NCBI RefSeq assembly: GCF_026571515.1
Contig: NW_026852234.1
Location: 124,001 to 188,000 of the forward strand
Length of the DNA: 64,000 nt
Direction: 5' to 3'
Source: Ruditapes philippinarum
Lineage: Eukaryota
Every line of letters begins with the position of its first letter. The first letter of the stretch is position 1. The notes beneath the pieces are model-generated. The model was not told the origin of the DNA. It did not search any database and saw only the letters and a list, made by a program, of their open reading frames with translations. Of the stretch, positions 50,430 through 64,000 are shown piece after piece. The position numbers were made by a program, and so were the translations under genes.

Positions 50430-50962
50430 CAGTGTTTTATTGTAATATATCAGATGATTATATTCTGATAAACCACTAGTGAAATTTATAAAATATAATT
50501 TTCACTGTAGCCGGACTATATCTGAATGCGGATGAAAAGAAAATCAAAACTGAATGGAATAACAGGCAAAAATAAATGCCGTCATGCGTAAATTTTGCTT
50601 CTTTCGGAAAAGAAAGTTGAGGTCACCATACATTATGTTAAAAATGTAACAAAATTAAAGAAATTGAACAGAACTATATTTCAAACTTGTTGATGTGACG
50701 TCATGATGTGATGACGTCACGAAAGAGAATGCGCGACGTTACGCGGCAAAATCAGTAAAAAATACTTAAAATCACTTAAAACGCATGAAATAAAAAGAAA
50801 ATTTATTTGTTTTACATATAAGATTGAAATATATTTCATTCGTGAACACCAGCTATTATATTTTCACTCGTGGCTACGCCACTCGTGAAAATATTGCATC
50901 TGGTGTTCACTCAGTGAAATTATATTTCAATCTTACATGCAAAACAAACAAATATCCTCTAT
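50430..50962 (+). mobile_element. Non-autonomous element with terminal hairpin
   Basis: Palindrome atattttcactcgtggc-tac-gccactcgtgaaaatat near 50858-50894; boundaries approximate. Confidence 0.4.
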
Positions 50963-51732
50963 TTAATATTAATATGATAAAACAATCGTAAAACAAACTT
51001 TAAATACATAAATGTCATTCTTTATCAATATTTTTACAATATGTCAATATTTAATTCTCTTTTCCACATCTTTTCATGATTGGATAAACTTCAAACACTA
51101 AAACATTTAAGAAATTTCGTAGAATTAACTTTGAAGTACATGAATTTTTATTTCAAGTTAAGATACCCTATTTCCCTACAATAGGATTAAGTTGAAATAA
51201 ACCGAAGTTCCTAAAGCTCATAAGGCTAACTTATCATTAAATACTACTAAATTGGCGTGCCATCATTTTCAAAACATTACAACAATATACTTGCTTCATA
51301 AACATTTCTTATATTATACATGTATGTAGTTTGTATTTGTTCATAACTGAATTGTCTCTGAATAAAGAGGGTTCAAAAAAGAAGAGAAAAAAAACAAACA
51401 AAACAACAACAGAATATTGCACATAAAATTACATCAACCTCGTTAAAAATCTTTAATTTAAATGACTGAAATAACTACAAGCAAAATAAACAAGATGTGT
51501 TTGTAACACAAGATACCTCCAGCCTCATATATGTTTATAAGTAAGTTATTGGGAAATTTCGTTAATTTTGAAAATTTGACCTTGATGGTCAGTCATTTTG
51601 AATAGGGGTCAATGTTAAATTCCTGTCTAACTGACAAGAAGTATATTGTGTCCATAAATGAGGCATAGAGCTTGTGGAACATAGATGTTTACACTAAACA
51701 AGCTGAATTTGTGTAATGGATTTGCCCTGCTT

Positions 51733-51912
51733 TGTTTAATTGGATTTTACGTCACACCAACACATTATAGGTCATATGGCGATGTTCCAGCTTTACTGGT
51801 GGAGGAAGACTTCATGTGCCTTTCCGTCCATTATTTCTTGCACAAATGGGCACCGGAGTAGAACAACCCACGTTCCGTAAGCTAGCTGGATAGCTTCCTA
51901 ACATGAAAGATT
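51733..51912 (-). mobile_element. SINE family 3, partial
   Basis: Matches 61212-61390. Confidence 0.65.
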
Positions 51913-53139
51913 CCCTGCTTTGAATTCTGCAAAGTCAAATTGAAAATAAAGAAATTTTAAAGCCAATATGTTGTTCTACAAACAGTTTAGATCCTGGTAA
52001 GACTACACAAGAGTACAGACTGGCATGGCCTTTTACTGGTTGCACAAGCTTATCTCTATCAGTTCCAGCAGATTAAGTGTTAAGGCAGAGGTTTTTCACA
52101 GAGGAACACAAATAGGCAGAAATACCTATACAAGATACAAACAAAATGCTCATAATCTATGAATGCAGAGAGTAAAATCATACTACTACTTTAAGTAAAA
52201 TTAATATAAAAATGAATACACATGTATACTATCTACTTAGTCAACATTAAAAATTAGAATATAAAAAACAAATATCATTTGAAACTTAGTATATCAAATA
52301 AATGAACCTATATTACAATATATTCCAACAAGACCTCCAAAGAGGCAGGGCAATATATGTCCGATGACAAATTCTAGGGCAATATCTGACCAACAAAAAT
52401 GCCATTCAGTAGCAAATTTCTTGTTTAAAATGGCAAAAATGATCATCTTTTCCCCTTTCAATGTGAATACATATTAATTAGAGATAGAAGGCAGGTGAAC
52501 TTTTTTCACTTCAATTTGACTTAACAAAAAACTATTGTTTAAAAATCAATTATTTTAAATTTGCCTTATAAGGATATGAAACAAAGTATTATTAATAGCA
52601 CATTACTCATTTACACAGCCTGACACGAATATGCCGACAGTAATATGAATGATCTAAACATATAATCCTCCAAAGGTACTGTGTTAGAACCCTTAATGCC
52701 AAATAAAAAATCAGCTCTAAATTTTAGATAATTATTCTAAGAAAACAATAATTTTACAATTTAAAACTTACATATAAAGGGGAATAATTCTATGAATAAT
52801 TAATTGACTGCAAAGGAAATTAGACTCGAACTTTCTTTTGATATAACATACTTACATGCCAGATATAAACATACTGATATTCTTCAAAAGTTATACTACG
52901 AAAACCAATTGTCTTCATAAGACAGACAGACAGGACAGACAATGCCATACTATAATACATCCCAAAAAAAATCTTTTGTATATAAAAAGAAAAAGAGTAA
53001 ATAAAAAATATTTCCCATTAGATGATTTTCTTTAATATAAAAAATAACATATACTGAACAGATCCTATCATTCAATGTAAGAAAAATAGCAGTAACAACT
53101 TTATAACTTGAATCAATGACAGAGGTAACAATCTCTTAA

Positions 53140-53761
53140 CCCTTTACCTCATATATATGCGAAACAACGCATTTTCAACCCCCCCCCCTTTTTTTAGGCC
53201 TGAAATAGTGAACAAATGTCCTATTTGGGGCCCAAACACATGTTTTCGTTTGAGAACTGTTACTTAAATAAGTGAGCACTTTTTCGGCGCCCACCCCATC
53301 CAAAAGATACATCAGGGGGTTGCCAGAAGGGGGATATGCCCCCTTCTGTTTGGGGGGTTTGAAGGGGGGGCGGAGTCCCCCTCATCGCCAAGAAAATTTT
53401 GGACTTGTGAGAGGCTTAAATGACCCCAGGTCGATCATAAGATAACGTGTAACCAACGCTGAAAAGCCTTTGACTCTATCTCAATCCCTTGAGAAGTTGC
53501 AGCACTTTGAAATAAATTTTGATGGAAAAAATCGAGGCAAAATAGTGATTTTTGTCAATTTTGAGATGTCCCCTCGTTGCCATGGTAACAGGCAATTTAA
53601 GACTGAGCATGTCGTTACAAAGGCAATGGTCCAGTCAACATTTGTGCCAAGTTTGATTAGTATTAAAGCATTTTTCATAGTTTCATAGCAGTTTGAACTT
53701 GTAAGAGGAGGCTTTTCAGTGAAAATGGCCATTTTTCACAATATGCTCATGGGGGAAAGGG
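53140..53761. mobile_element. piggyBac-like MITE
   Basis: TTAA TSD at 53136-53139 and 53762-53765; ends CCCTTTACCTCAT / ATGGGGGAAAGGG (11/13 inverted). Confidence 0.75.
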
Positions 53762-54495
53762 TTAAGTCATCAAAAACAATCTTCTTAAATTCCTTAAAAT
53801 TGGAGAGCAATTACAAGGTGAAAAGTAAAACTAGGTTGTTTATAACAGGTATCATATTAAAATTATACAAAAATACATATATTAAAAAAAAAAATGACAC
53901 TGCTCTGATAAAACAGCAGGAGCATGTATGAAATTATCACTTAAACAACATTATAATAGCAGTTGAATGTTTTGTGTCAAAATCTTTTATTCTGGTGGCT
54001 AATATAAAACATTTATTTTGCATTACACAATTTTTGTTCAAGCTCTCACTAAATATGATTGCAACAATAGGAAATCTATGTGTCTGTACAAAACTTTTGA
54101 TTTTTCTTTTAGATATTTTCAATTTTTCACACAATATTTTACAAGTTATAACTTTACAAGCTTAAATAAACTTTGAAAACAGCTGTGTAGAGAAGGAAAT
54201 ATTTACAGTAACATGTCAGCCCACAGACATGTGCCAGGTTTTCTGAAGTACTTTGATGCAAACAATACATCATACAAGACAACATACATGTAGATAAACA
54301 ACTACAATAAACAAATCAACCAAACAACATATTACTTTTAACAACATAGCTACATTTATGAAAATAAAACATATTTACAATAGCACCTATTTAGATAAAT
54401 AAAGAACACCATTGTATGACTATGAGTGTGAAAACACATAGAAAACAAACACCATATCCCTTCATAAAGAAGAGATTTCCATTAAACATCACACA

Positions 54496-54805
54496 TTACC
54501 AGCCCGCATAGCTCAATCGGTTAGAGCGCGAGACTTGTAATCTCGACATTGTGGGTTCGATTCCCGGGCTGGCCAACTAAAATTACTAATCAGTCTTTCG
54601 GATGAGACTTTAAATCGAGGTCCCGTGTATGGGTGCTTAAACACTTGGCACGCTAAAGAACCAGGAGAAGCTTCTGGAATTGGGGCATCTTTCTGTATCT
54701 GTAATTGCACTATCCTCCGAAAAATAAAATGACTAATACTCTTCTGGAGGGCTCGCCCATATGGGCAACCGGTGGCGAGTATAAATAAACGCAAATACAC
54801 ACACA
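54496..54805 (+). mobile_element. Full-length tRNA(Thr-like)-headed SINE with Deu/Nin-like domain
   Basis: Head gcccgcatagctcaatcggttagagcg-cgaga-cttgtaa-tctcg..ggttcgattccc; ctttcggatgagactttaaatcgaggtcc domain; 13-bp TSD TAAACATCACACA at 54483-54495 and 54806-54818. Confidence 0.8.
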
Positions 54806-56070
54806 TAAACATCACACAGTCCTTCAAATCAATGCATCACTTAAAGTTACATTATGCCTATCCAGAAGTAAATGATGAATGTTCAGGAAAAATTAATATA
54901 CATAAACATTTTGTCATACTTGTTTTAAATTTTATAATAAATGTCATCCTAATAATAAATCAATCCCCTGACCCAAATAAATACATGTACCTATAAATAT
55001 CCTTTGGAAAATATTGGTAACGTTCAATTTATAAAATGAGTTGGTCAGTCCTTTAAAGACAGATTCTATATTTTATCCTTAACAATTTTAACCATCAACT
55101 ATTGTTCAATTGCCATTTAAAGAGTCAATCTTTTGAAATATACAATTAATTTATCTCAGTTAAACAGTGGAAATATTAGCAAATTGTCAATATAAACATT
55201 TCCCATCATTTAAAGTAAAAACATAAAGTACAACCTCTACATATTAACACCTATTCCTAGACAATGATTTTGGATGATGCCTAGAGGGGTTGCTCTTGAG
55301 AGGTTAAATTTATTGTAATGTATTCATTAAAGTGATGCGGCTGTTGTAAAAGAGGTTGTTGCTCTACAAACAGTCACTCTGTAGAGATTACACTGTATTT
55401 GTACTGCAAAATATACATTGATGAAACACAAAATTTACAAAACAACACATTAGTGTAAAAAAAAAGATTTTTACCAAATTATGTATCCCAGCAATAAAAC
55501 TAACAAACAGTACACCATTATTAATTGATACATTTCTATAAAGTATCATTTACATCTCTGCAAAAGAACAATACAACAAAGCTTTATAATACATCTAACA
55601 GATTCAATACAAACTATCAAACCAACAAGAAGATTTTAACAACAATTTAAGATATGATCTGCTTATATATTATAATAAGCATATCTGATGAGGAAAACTA
55701 ATCTTCAAAAATCAAAGTTCAGTAAAAATATTTAACGTTTCAATATTGTGTAACTTTTCACAATCCAAATGAAACAGAGATTAATGATTTTGTTGTCCAA
55801 AGTATGACAAAATTTATTATTTTCTTCATGTAATAGAGATTTCTGCATGTTTTGACAGCTATAGTTATGTATTTAATGAGTAAGTAAGTAAAAGTCTTAG
55901 GCTAGGTTTCAATAACTTTACTTGTATTTTTGATACCATTTTTGCTAGTTAAAAACAAAGTGTCCATAACAATCAACACCAATATGGAGGCTGTGCTGCT
56001 TCACCATCAATAACTGATATACAAAAAAAATAAAATTAATCAACTCAACATTGTACATTATTTATAGATA

Positions 56071-59000
56071 TCACTCAGAGTTGTCAGGCAAATATTGCTG
56101 ATACTCATCAGTAACATCCACAATCATTCCTTCCTTGGTAACTCGAACAATATGTGGACTGTCACCATGTTTTCCTTTCTTTAACCCAAGTAACATCTTT
56201 TTCCGGGCTCGGTCCTCATCTTCAACTCTTGTGCACATAACATAGCATTTCCTCTTACCGCACTGTTTTGAACTAGCTACATTATGTGATTCATCCTGAG
56301 CAAGGTCAACTTTGTTTCCTGCATCCTGTCTAGGCTCCACATTGTTTCCATCATTATCTGACTGAGCAATATCAACAACCTTATCATGTTCACATACATA
56401 ATTCACACTAGAAGAATTACAAACTGAGCATTTGTTCTTTTTTGTTTCACCATCAGCTGCTATATCAGTCAAAACTGCGGATTTATCATCATCACACTTT
56501 AATAAACTGGTCGTGCTGGGAAAAGTAATAGTTTCTCTTTTTGTACCACTGTTTTGGTCAAAAGTGTTGAAGTTTTTAGATTTGCTATCAATATCATTTT
56601 CTGTCTCCTGCAAGGGCGACGAGCATTGAACTATTTTTGTTTGGTTTTGCAGCTCCGTATTGCCATCTTCCACAACAGATCTTGGTAAGACAGTATTATG
56701 CATTATACTGTGGCTTTCAACATCAATATCATCTTTAACAATAACTTGGAATGCAGTCTGGCCTACACTCAAACCATCTTCAACATCAATATGGTGGCAG
56801 TCTTCTTCAGTTTTAAGCAAATCTGTTTTCGGGCTATTATTTGTGGATCTTAACTGATTTCTGCCATCAGAAGTAGTATCATTGTTGTTAACTGTCTCTT
56901 CACTATGATTCATCACATTGTCTACAATTCCTGCAGTTTCACAAAAACCACCTCTTTTTTCAATATCAACACTTGAATGTTTAGCATTCACTACGGAAAT
57001 AACATTCTTGTGTCTATTTTCAATAGCCTGATTGTTCAAATCTTTTTCTTGAGATTTATCATTACTATCATTAAGCTCAACTGACCAGTTCAGAAACTTG
57101 TCTAAGTCTTTTAAATTATCTGTCATACCCTTTGAACTATTTTCAGTTAGTAACTTATCTAAACAAGCTTCATTTACACCTGCATCTTCAATTATAATAC
57201 AATCTTTATCAGCATTAAATTTTCTATCAGCAGCAATCCCTTTCATAAATACAGGTAATATTACTGAAGTCTTATTCTTATCACATTCAGCACTTCTTGG
57301 TCCATTGTTTCTTCTTTGATTAGTTTTGTCAATAAACCCATTAAATAACATCTGTTTTTCAACATTGCACTTACTATTTTGGTTTTCCTCCCTTATTGTT
57401 GAATTTGCCATGTTCCCATGACTGGTTATCTCAGAACTTTTTGATGTATTCATTTTTGTTTTACCCTTAATACTTAAATCAAGCCCTTTACAATTGGCAT
57501 CAGTATCAGTTATTGTATAAGGTCCAATTAAATCACCAACAACATGGTTTCTATACATAGGTTTGTTTTCTTGAACATCATGTTTTACAGACTGACAATT
57601 CTTTTGAGTTTCATCGGAATTTACAATTTGCTTTGTAACATATGCTTCATTTTGCTTCAAAGGTTCAACATTTTCTGCTTTCCTGCCATGTAATTGGTTA
57701 TCAGCATGAAGCTTTTCACCTGATAAAGTGTCTTTAACATCTTCATCTTCTATAAGATTAATAACTTCAGTTTCAGATTCTTTTACATTTTTACCAGTAC
57801 CTGTATTTAATGATAGGCTATTTCCTTTATCATTTACATTTTGCTTTTTAACAATATTTATATCTTTATTATCATTATTATGCTTCACATTCATTACTCT
57901 TACATCAGCACATGGATCTGTACAGAGTTCCTCATTATCTTCTTTACCTGCTTGTGTTTTGTCCTTTGAGACATCTGATCCAACATCTCTAAAGCATTCC
58001 ACAACAAGGATATCACTACTTGCATACTCAACAACATCTACAGATGCATTACTATAACTTGACACTTTTATATTGTTTGTTCCAGTCGCTCTTTTCCAAC
58101 AATCAAGATTAGATTTTCTATTTCTTCTACAACGCTCAACACAAGTTTTGTCTGTGCAAATATGTTTCTTTGGATCTCTCACCTCCTTTGGATTTGGTTC
58201 TGGCCAACTGGCCAACTTAATATTCAACTTACCCTGTGACTTAGACTGGTCTGCCATGTTGCTATTTCTGCGCTCATTTGAAAATTCCTCTATCTCTGTA
58301 CGAACTTTTCTTTCTACATTACCACAGCTCCCTTTTCGTTTGCTTCCTTTACCTTTACAAACTTCAGATTCTGATCTATTTGCAGCACTTGTAGTAGCAT
58401 TATTCATATCTAGATCAACATATAATGGAATTTTCATATGGTTTGCAACTATTCTATTCAGACCTTCTACATATGAGTAAGGTTTTTTAGTTTTAAGCAA
58501 CTGACATTCCTCATTTGTTGGAGACTCCATCGCACTTTGATCTACCTTGTGATGCTTGTGTTCTTTCTGTGATATCTCTACACCTGTACTTATGCCAGAA
58601 CTTTTCTTTAAACCTTCGTCTTTGCTTTCTGTTGTCCCCGATTCAAAATTTGGATCATGTACAAACTCATCTATATAGGTCACTGACCCAAACTTTTTTG
58701 TAAGTTTTTTTAAACATTCATTTTTAACGTTACTGCTAGATCTACACCCTTTCACTTTAGCACTCTCTTTGGATTTTATTTCTGTCAAACACTGACCAAT
58801 CCTCTCACAACTTTTACTCCTGCTTTGTCTCTTTTCACTGCTACTTACATCAGCAGTATTTTCCGACTTTGTCTTATCAATACGAAAATCTGTTTTAACA
58901 TCTTTCCCGTCATGTTCTTCAATTTCAAGATTTTCAACAACAACATCTGGTTTATCATTTTGATTCACTTCAAACTCATGTGCAATCTGTCTTCTACCAG

Positions 59001-61756
59001 ACATTACCTTCAAACAAATGCCCTTATGTCTAAATGCTGTCTCAGTTGTTGCTCTTGGAACTGTCAGTGATTCAAATGTCTGTAAAAAATAAATCATTTT
59101 TTAATTTATTTTTTTTATAAAAAATGTAAGAAAATTTAAATCAGGGTATCTAAAGGAATTATAGATGAGATAATTACTATATAAGATTATGTAATCACAA
59201 AAAAAGACAATGCACTCAAAAACCTACACATGTTTTTTGAATAATAAAACAATTGTGTCAACCACACTTGGATGTCAAAGATATACTTCACAGTCAGCCA
59301 GAAGTATGTAATGTTGTGACAGACAGAGCAAAAATAATTTGTCCCTTATCTAGTGATCTGACGGGCATTTATGTAATAACTATGTTAATATATTAATAAA
59401 AGCTTTGACATGAAACTATGATTGGAAAAGCTTTCAATGCATCAACAAATTATTTGTAATAACACTTCAAAATTCACCCTTAAATGGACTCCATTGATCT
59501 TGTTTTTGTTTGGCATGAGGGTACTGCATAAGTGGATATTTCTTTTTTCTGCATTTTTATTCTATTTTATAAAGATCTATTCCAATAACTTGTGTGCAAA
59601 ATTTTAGAACATTCCCTTATTTTGTTTTTCCATAACAGTCATTTTTGTAGTGTAAAATGACAAAAATGAAAAGTGTAATGCTTTTTTATTTCCAATCAGG
59701 CTCAGAACCACACTTAATATCAGTTTTCACTTGAATTTGTTATCTTTTATCTTAATTCAACTTCAATAGGTGGCAGTCTAGAAGTTACTATAAGTAGCCA
59801 GCTTTGACTGTAATAGCTGTCCTTTATAATATCATTTTTAATTAAAAGGTTGTACATTAAAGTCTCTGTAACTAAATTTAATACAATTTGGTAGTCAACT
59901 AAGGAAAGATATACAAAAAAGATATTATGTGCAAAAATATTAAAGCTTTCTATACATTGTTCACTTCCAAAGGAAGAAGGAAGGATTGGGGACTATTGGC
60001 CACCTCACTGCTCAGTCAAGCATATCAAAACTAAAGCTGCAATAAAAGTGACGAATACCCCCACTATCTCTAATGACAGAGGATTTTATTTAAGTGCGAT
60101 AATCATTCTTTTTGATAGCCAACCTTTCAGCAAAGATTAATGTAAATCCTTCAAGGGGTTTAGGACTAACAGCAGAAACAAAGTTGTCAAACAGTTGAAC
60201 TTCAAGGGTAACTCTGACTATGAGATAGCACAGCAGTGTTTATTTTCTTGAGTTTTAAGTCATACCCGCTTTGTAGATCATACGGTGACTTTCCAGCTGT
60301 CCTCATGGGCATCTGTGCATTATTTTAGGTATAAGTGGGCACCAGAGTATAACCAGAGATGTTCTGTAGGCTCTAAAGTCTAGAATCTAAAGTCTTTGCC
60401 TGGTTTCTTATTCACAGCAGTAAAGAGTGAGTGACTCACAGTAAACAATCTAAACCTTCATAAAATTAATATTTGAGCCAAGTTCGTTGAAAATCAATCA
60501 GGTAGCATAGGATTTATAAAACAGACATTGTGGAGATGGACATACAAATACCAGTATAGTCCTTTCCACAGTGTATGGTAGGGGTATAATAATGCTTACC
60601 TCACTTGGATTCTGTTCCACCTTAACTTCTTCATTATCTTCATATTCACTGTCAGCCTCAACTTTTGCGACCATGTTTGAGCCTTCATTTATCGATCCCA
60701 CAAAACTCTTTTCACATTCTTTTTCATGCATCAAATAATGTTTGTTCAAATATTCTTTTCGTGCAAAACCTTTATTACAGATGACACAAACAAACTCCTT
60801 GCTATTGAGATGGAAACTTTTGTTGTGTCTCAAAAAACTTCCTGAAAATCAAAACATGTTTGTTACAACTTTTAGATATTTTCTGCATAAAATTTGGGGC
60901 TTTCATAATAATTTAAGTACAACAGCTGTAGGGTGTATTGGGAGACAAAGATTCTGGTTACTGCTTAGAAGTTTTGCTAAACACAGGTAAAACTTATTGT
61001 GAAGTTACTTTGGAGAAAAAAAAAATGAAACCGTTGTTTAAGAGGTGTTTGCTCAACAGAGGGCCTCTGTAAAGAGGTTGTACTATAGATTTATTTGATT
61101 TACAAAATATGTACATATTCAATAATCCTTGATACAGCTTTCTTAAGTTTTTTCTCTGGCAACTATGCAGCATTACAAAAAGATAAATTATTTCAGTACT
61201 GTTTGTTTTTTTTGGTTTAATTGGGTTTTATGTCACACCAACACATAATAGGTCATATTGCGACATTCTAGCTGTACTGATGGAGGAAGACCTCAGAAGC
61301 CCTTCCGTACATTATTTCAGGCACAAACTGGCACCTGAGTAGAACCACTGACGTAAGCTAGCCGGATAGCTTCCTCACATGAAGGAATCCAAACTCCCTG
61401 TCGGGATTCAAACCCATAGCGGTGAGGGGCAAGTGGTTTGAAGTCAACAACCTTAACCACTCAGACATGGACACCCCCTATTTCAGTATTAACTTTAACA
61501 TTTGTTCATAATACAATACATACATAGTAAACACTTACTCTTATGAGCGAAGACTTTGTCACACAGCTGACATTTGACAGTAGGCTTCTGTCTGATGTGT
61601 ACGAAGAACCTGTGATTTTCCATATGTTGCACATGATCGAACAGCCTGTCACAGAACTCGCACTTTATCGAGAACTCTCCAGAGTACGTGGCATGCCAGT
61701 TCATGTGTGACTTAAGCTCTATCTCCTTCGTACATCTCTTCTTGCAAATGTTGCAA
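56071..61756 (-). CDS. C2H2 zinc-finger protein, 3' part (upstream exons not found in window)
   Basis: Exons 61756-61539, 60841-60600, 59079-56071, phase-consistent. Four fingers: CNIC..HMNWH, CEFC..HRFFVH, CQLC..HNKSFH (split by an intron), CVIC..HYLMH, followed by a 1002-aa low-complexity terminal exon. Confidence 0.88.
61200..61478 (-). mobile_element. tRNA-derived SINE family 3, in zinc-finger intron
   Basis: Reverse-complement of the 31342 family with A/B boxes at the 61400-61478 end. Confidence 0.7.
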
Positions 61757-62084
61757 CTGTAATATATAGAAATACAGATGCCAAGAAAGTTTCAGTGACC
61801 TATATAGTATGATTAAGTCACTTAAAACTTTACCAATATAAAAAAAAATTGAAAAAACACCATAAGAAAGCTGTTTTAAATGTGTATACTTATTCTCAAA
61901 AATATATGCAATTTTCATTACTTAAAATTTCATTCTGTTCTGTAACCATATCCAATTTTCATCATCTAAGATATTCATTTATGGATTTTTGTTCATTTTT
62001 TTTTCTGTAAGATAATCACATAACTTTGTGAAGTTTCAACTCATTCCTTTCAGTAGTTTTGGAGATGCCAACTTACCATAAGTT

Positions 62085-62646
62085 AACAAGAGGGTCATGA
62101 TGGCCCTGAATCCCTCACCAGAAACATATGTTTTTCAGTGTTAGAAATAATTTTTCAGATGAACTTGCCTAAAGGCAAATTCAGCTCAATTGTAACTTGC
62201 CCCTCTAGTTATATAGTTTCACAACACCAATTTTTTTCTCTAAAAAAAGAGCCTTTCACAAATGGCCCAAGTTTATTGGTACTGTACATCTGGCAAGTAA
62301 AGCATGTCAACTCACTCTTTCTAATTTCCTTTTCATACTGGAGCCTTTTTTAAAAGACTGCCTAAGAATGCTACAGACAAAGTTTGGTGATCCTCCATCA
62401 ATTAGTTTTATAGTAGGAGAAGATGTGTTAATGTTGTTCTATATTTAGCTCTGTTGCCTCCTAAGAGGGGGCAATTGTAATGATTTAAGCAAATTGTTAT
62501 CGTCACAAGGATGCTACAGAGCAAATTTGAAGTAAATCTGCCCAGCAGTTTCAGAGAAGATGATTGTTGACGCATGATGACGGACACTGGACTGGAGTAT
62601 CCCCCTTTGATACTAATAGCTCATCCTTCCGTTCTGGTAAGCTAAA
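62085..62646 (-). mobile_element. Degenerate HINE-like element
   Basis: aacaagagggtcatgatggccct palindromic end; decayed gacg/gacgg tract; agctca..gctaaa at the other end. Confidence 0.55.
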
Positions 62647-64000
62647 TACAAAATGGTATTTGCAATTCTGACATCAAAAGAGTACAATAAGCTCTTCCTT
62701 TTCTTTGAATAGTCAAGCTGATAAAACATTTTCTGAGTTAAGAAAATGTAAGGAAAAACATTGTTAAAAAAACATTGTAAGAAACATTAATGAAAATGAG
62801 TAAACTAATGGTGTAAAATTGTGCTGAAATATATCAAAACGACTAAATCTTAAAAATACAAACAAAAGTAATTATTCCATCAGTCAAGTAAATTAAAGTT
62901 AGAAATCAATCTAAGCATAATTACATAAAAGACATCTTCCTCCTTATTGCAATCATATAATAAACCAATGAATAAATTTCTCTTGGTTTCACACAGGGGT
63001 TTCACACTGTAAATATAAAAAAAATAACAATATCAGTATTTTGTTGTGCATGATTAACTGCAAAAGGAAACTGATATGTGCTTCAAAGGCAGAATTCAGA
63101 TTGTTTTCCCTCGAAATGCGAATTTCAAAGTAATAATGCTATTACTTCTGACCTACAAAATGTACTTTTGAGGACATCCAACATGATCAAAGTCTTAAGA
63201 AGAATGATATACTTTATCATAATACATGTACCATCATGTTAATATGCTTCTTGTAAATAATATATATAATTTATAATAAATAATTAAACATTATTCCATT
63301 AACATATAGTAAAACACAACTTTATGCAAGCATAAATATCACAAATGCACAGATGAAATAGATATACAAACTTCATATAAAATTACTAATTTAGTAATTG
63401 CCAATGTGGCAGATTAGAAATACACAAAAATTAATTTTATTAAAGCAAAACATTTGAATCTGAACAATAAAATAAACAAAGGGTTGTATCATTGAAACAT
63501 ACTTTTGGTGTCTACAGTATGGGTTTAAATTGGGTTTGAATTGTATTTGCATCAAATACTTCATCTGGCCACTCAACATGTTCAAGTCAAAAAAATTCAA
63601 TTTCTTCAGAAAATACTGGTTTCCTAGTAGTTTGCAGTCCCAAGTCAAAGTTATTAATAAATAGAATAAAAATCTGCCTTCGCACGAGTATAAAACTTTG
63701 ACAGAACAAAATTTGGTACATGTCCAGAATCACCATGTTTTCAATGTTGCTCTTTTACTTTACTTTTTGATTGGATTTGGAATATAGGCCTGAATGCAAC
63801 ACCCTTTCTCACTTTTATTCAAAATTTCATAGTAGTTTTTCGACCTTTTTATTTTGAATAAGTTTTTTATTTTAAATATTAAGATGTTCAAATATAAAGT
63901 AGATCTATACTGTCATTAAAATTGATAAAACTTATGTTTTGCTCAAGAAAAGTATGGTGTTTAATAGATCTATTTGTTTCTTTAATGATGGAATAGTTTT

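Noticed and set aside
54502-54574. tRNA-Thr gene
   Set aside because: The acceptor stem does not pair, and it continues into a SINE body bounded by a TSD.
62900-63860. Further upstream zinc-finger exons
   Set aside because: Acceptor-like and coding-like patches exist, but I found no open, phase-compatible exon with finger motifs.

Overview
AT-rich, intron- and repeat-rich animal DNA, not prokaryotic. The repeat landscape (Helentron-type HINEs, CORE/Meta/Deu-like tRNA SINEs) and gene content suggest a bivalve mollusc (inference). Reading splice sites by hand gives seven protein-coding genes, most missed or fragmented by the ORF track: (1) the 5' end of MARCHF6 (RING-CH E3 ligase, minus), head-to-head with (2) a complete 10-exon WDR88 (plus), start codons 261 bp apart; (3) a 2-coding-exon ankyrin-repeat/SOCS-box (ASB-type) gene; (4) an uncharacterised coiled-coil gene with a probable 6-nt micro-exon; (5) an intronless secreted fibrinogen-related (FReD) lectin nested antisense in an intron of gene 4 and bracketed by two direct copies of one HINE-like element; (6) a hidden 3-exon, 132-aa secreted prokineticin/astakine-like (colipase-fold, 10-Cys) gene; (7) the 3' end of a C2H2 zinc-finger gene with a ~1000-aa disordered tail. 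The non-coding DNA holds many non-autonomous elements, including nested hAT-like/HINE insertions, TTAA MITEs, a 102-bp-arm hairpin MITE and a TIR element with two convergent tRNA-like heads. Best candidates for something new are the HINE-FReD-HINE cassette and the adjacent astakine-like cytokine gene. All gene models and family assignments are by eye; no searches were run.
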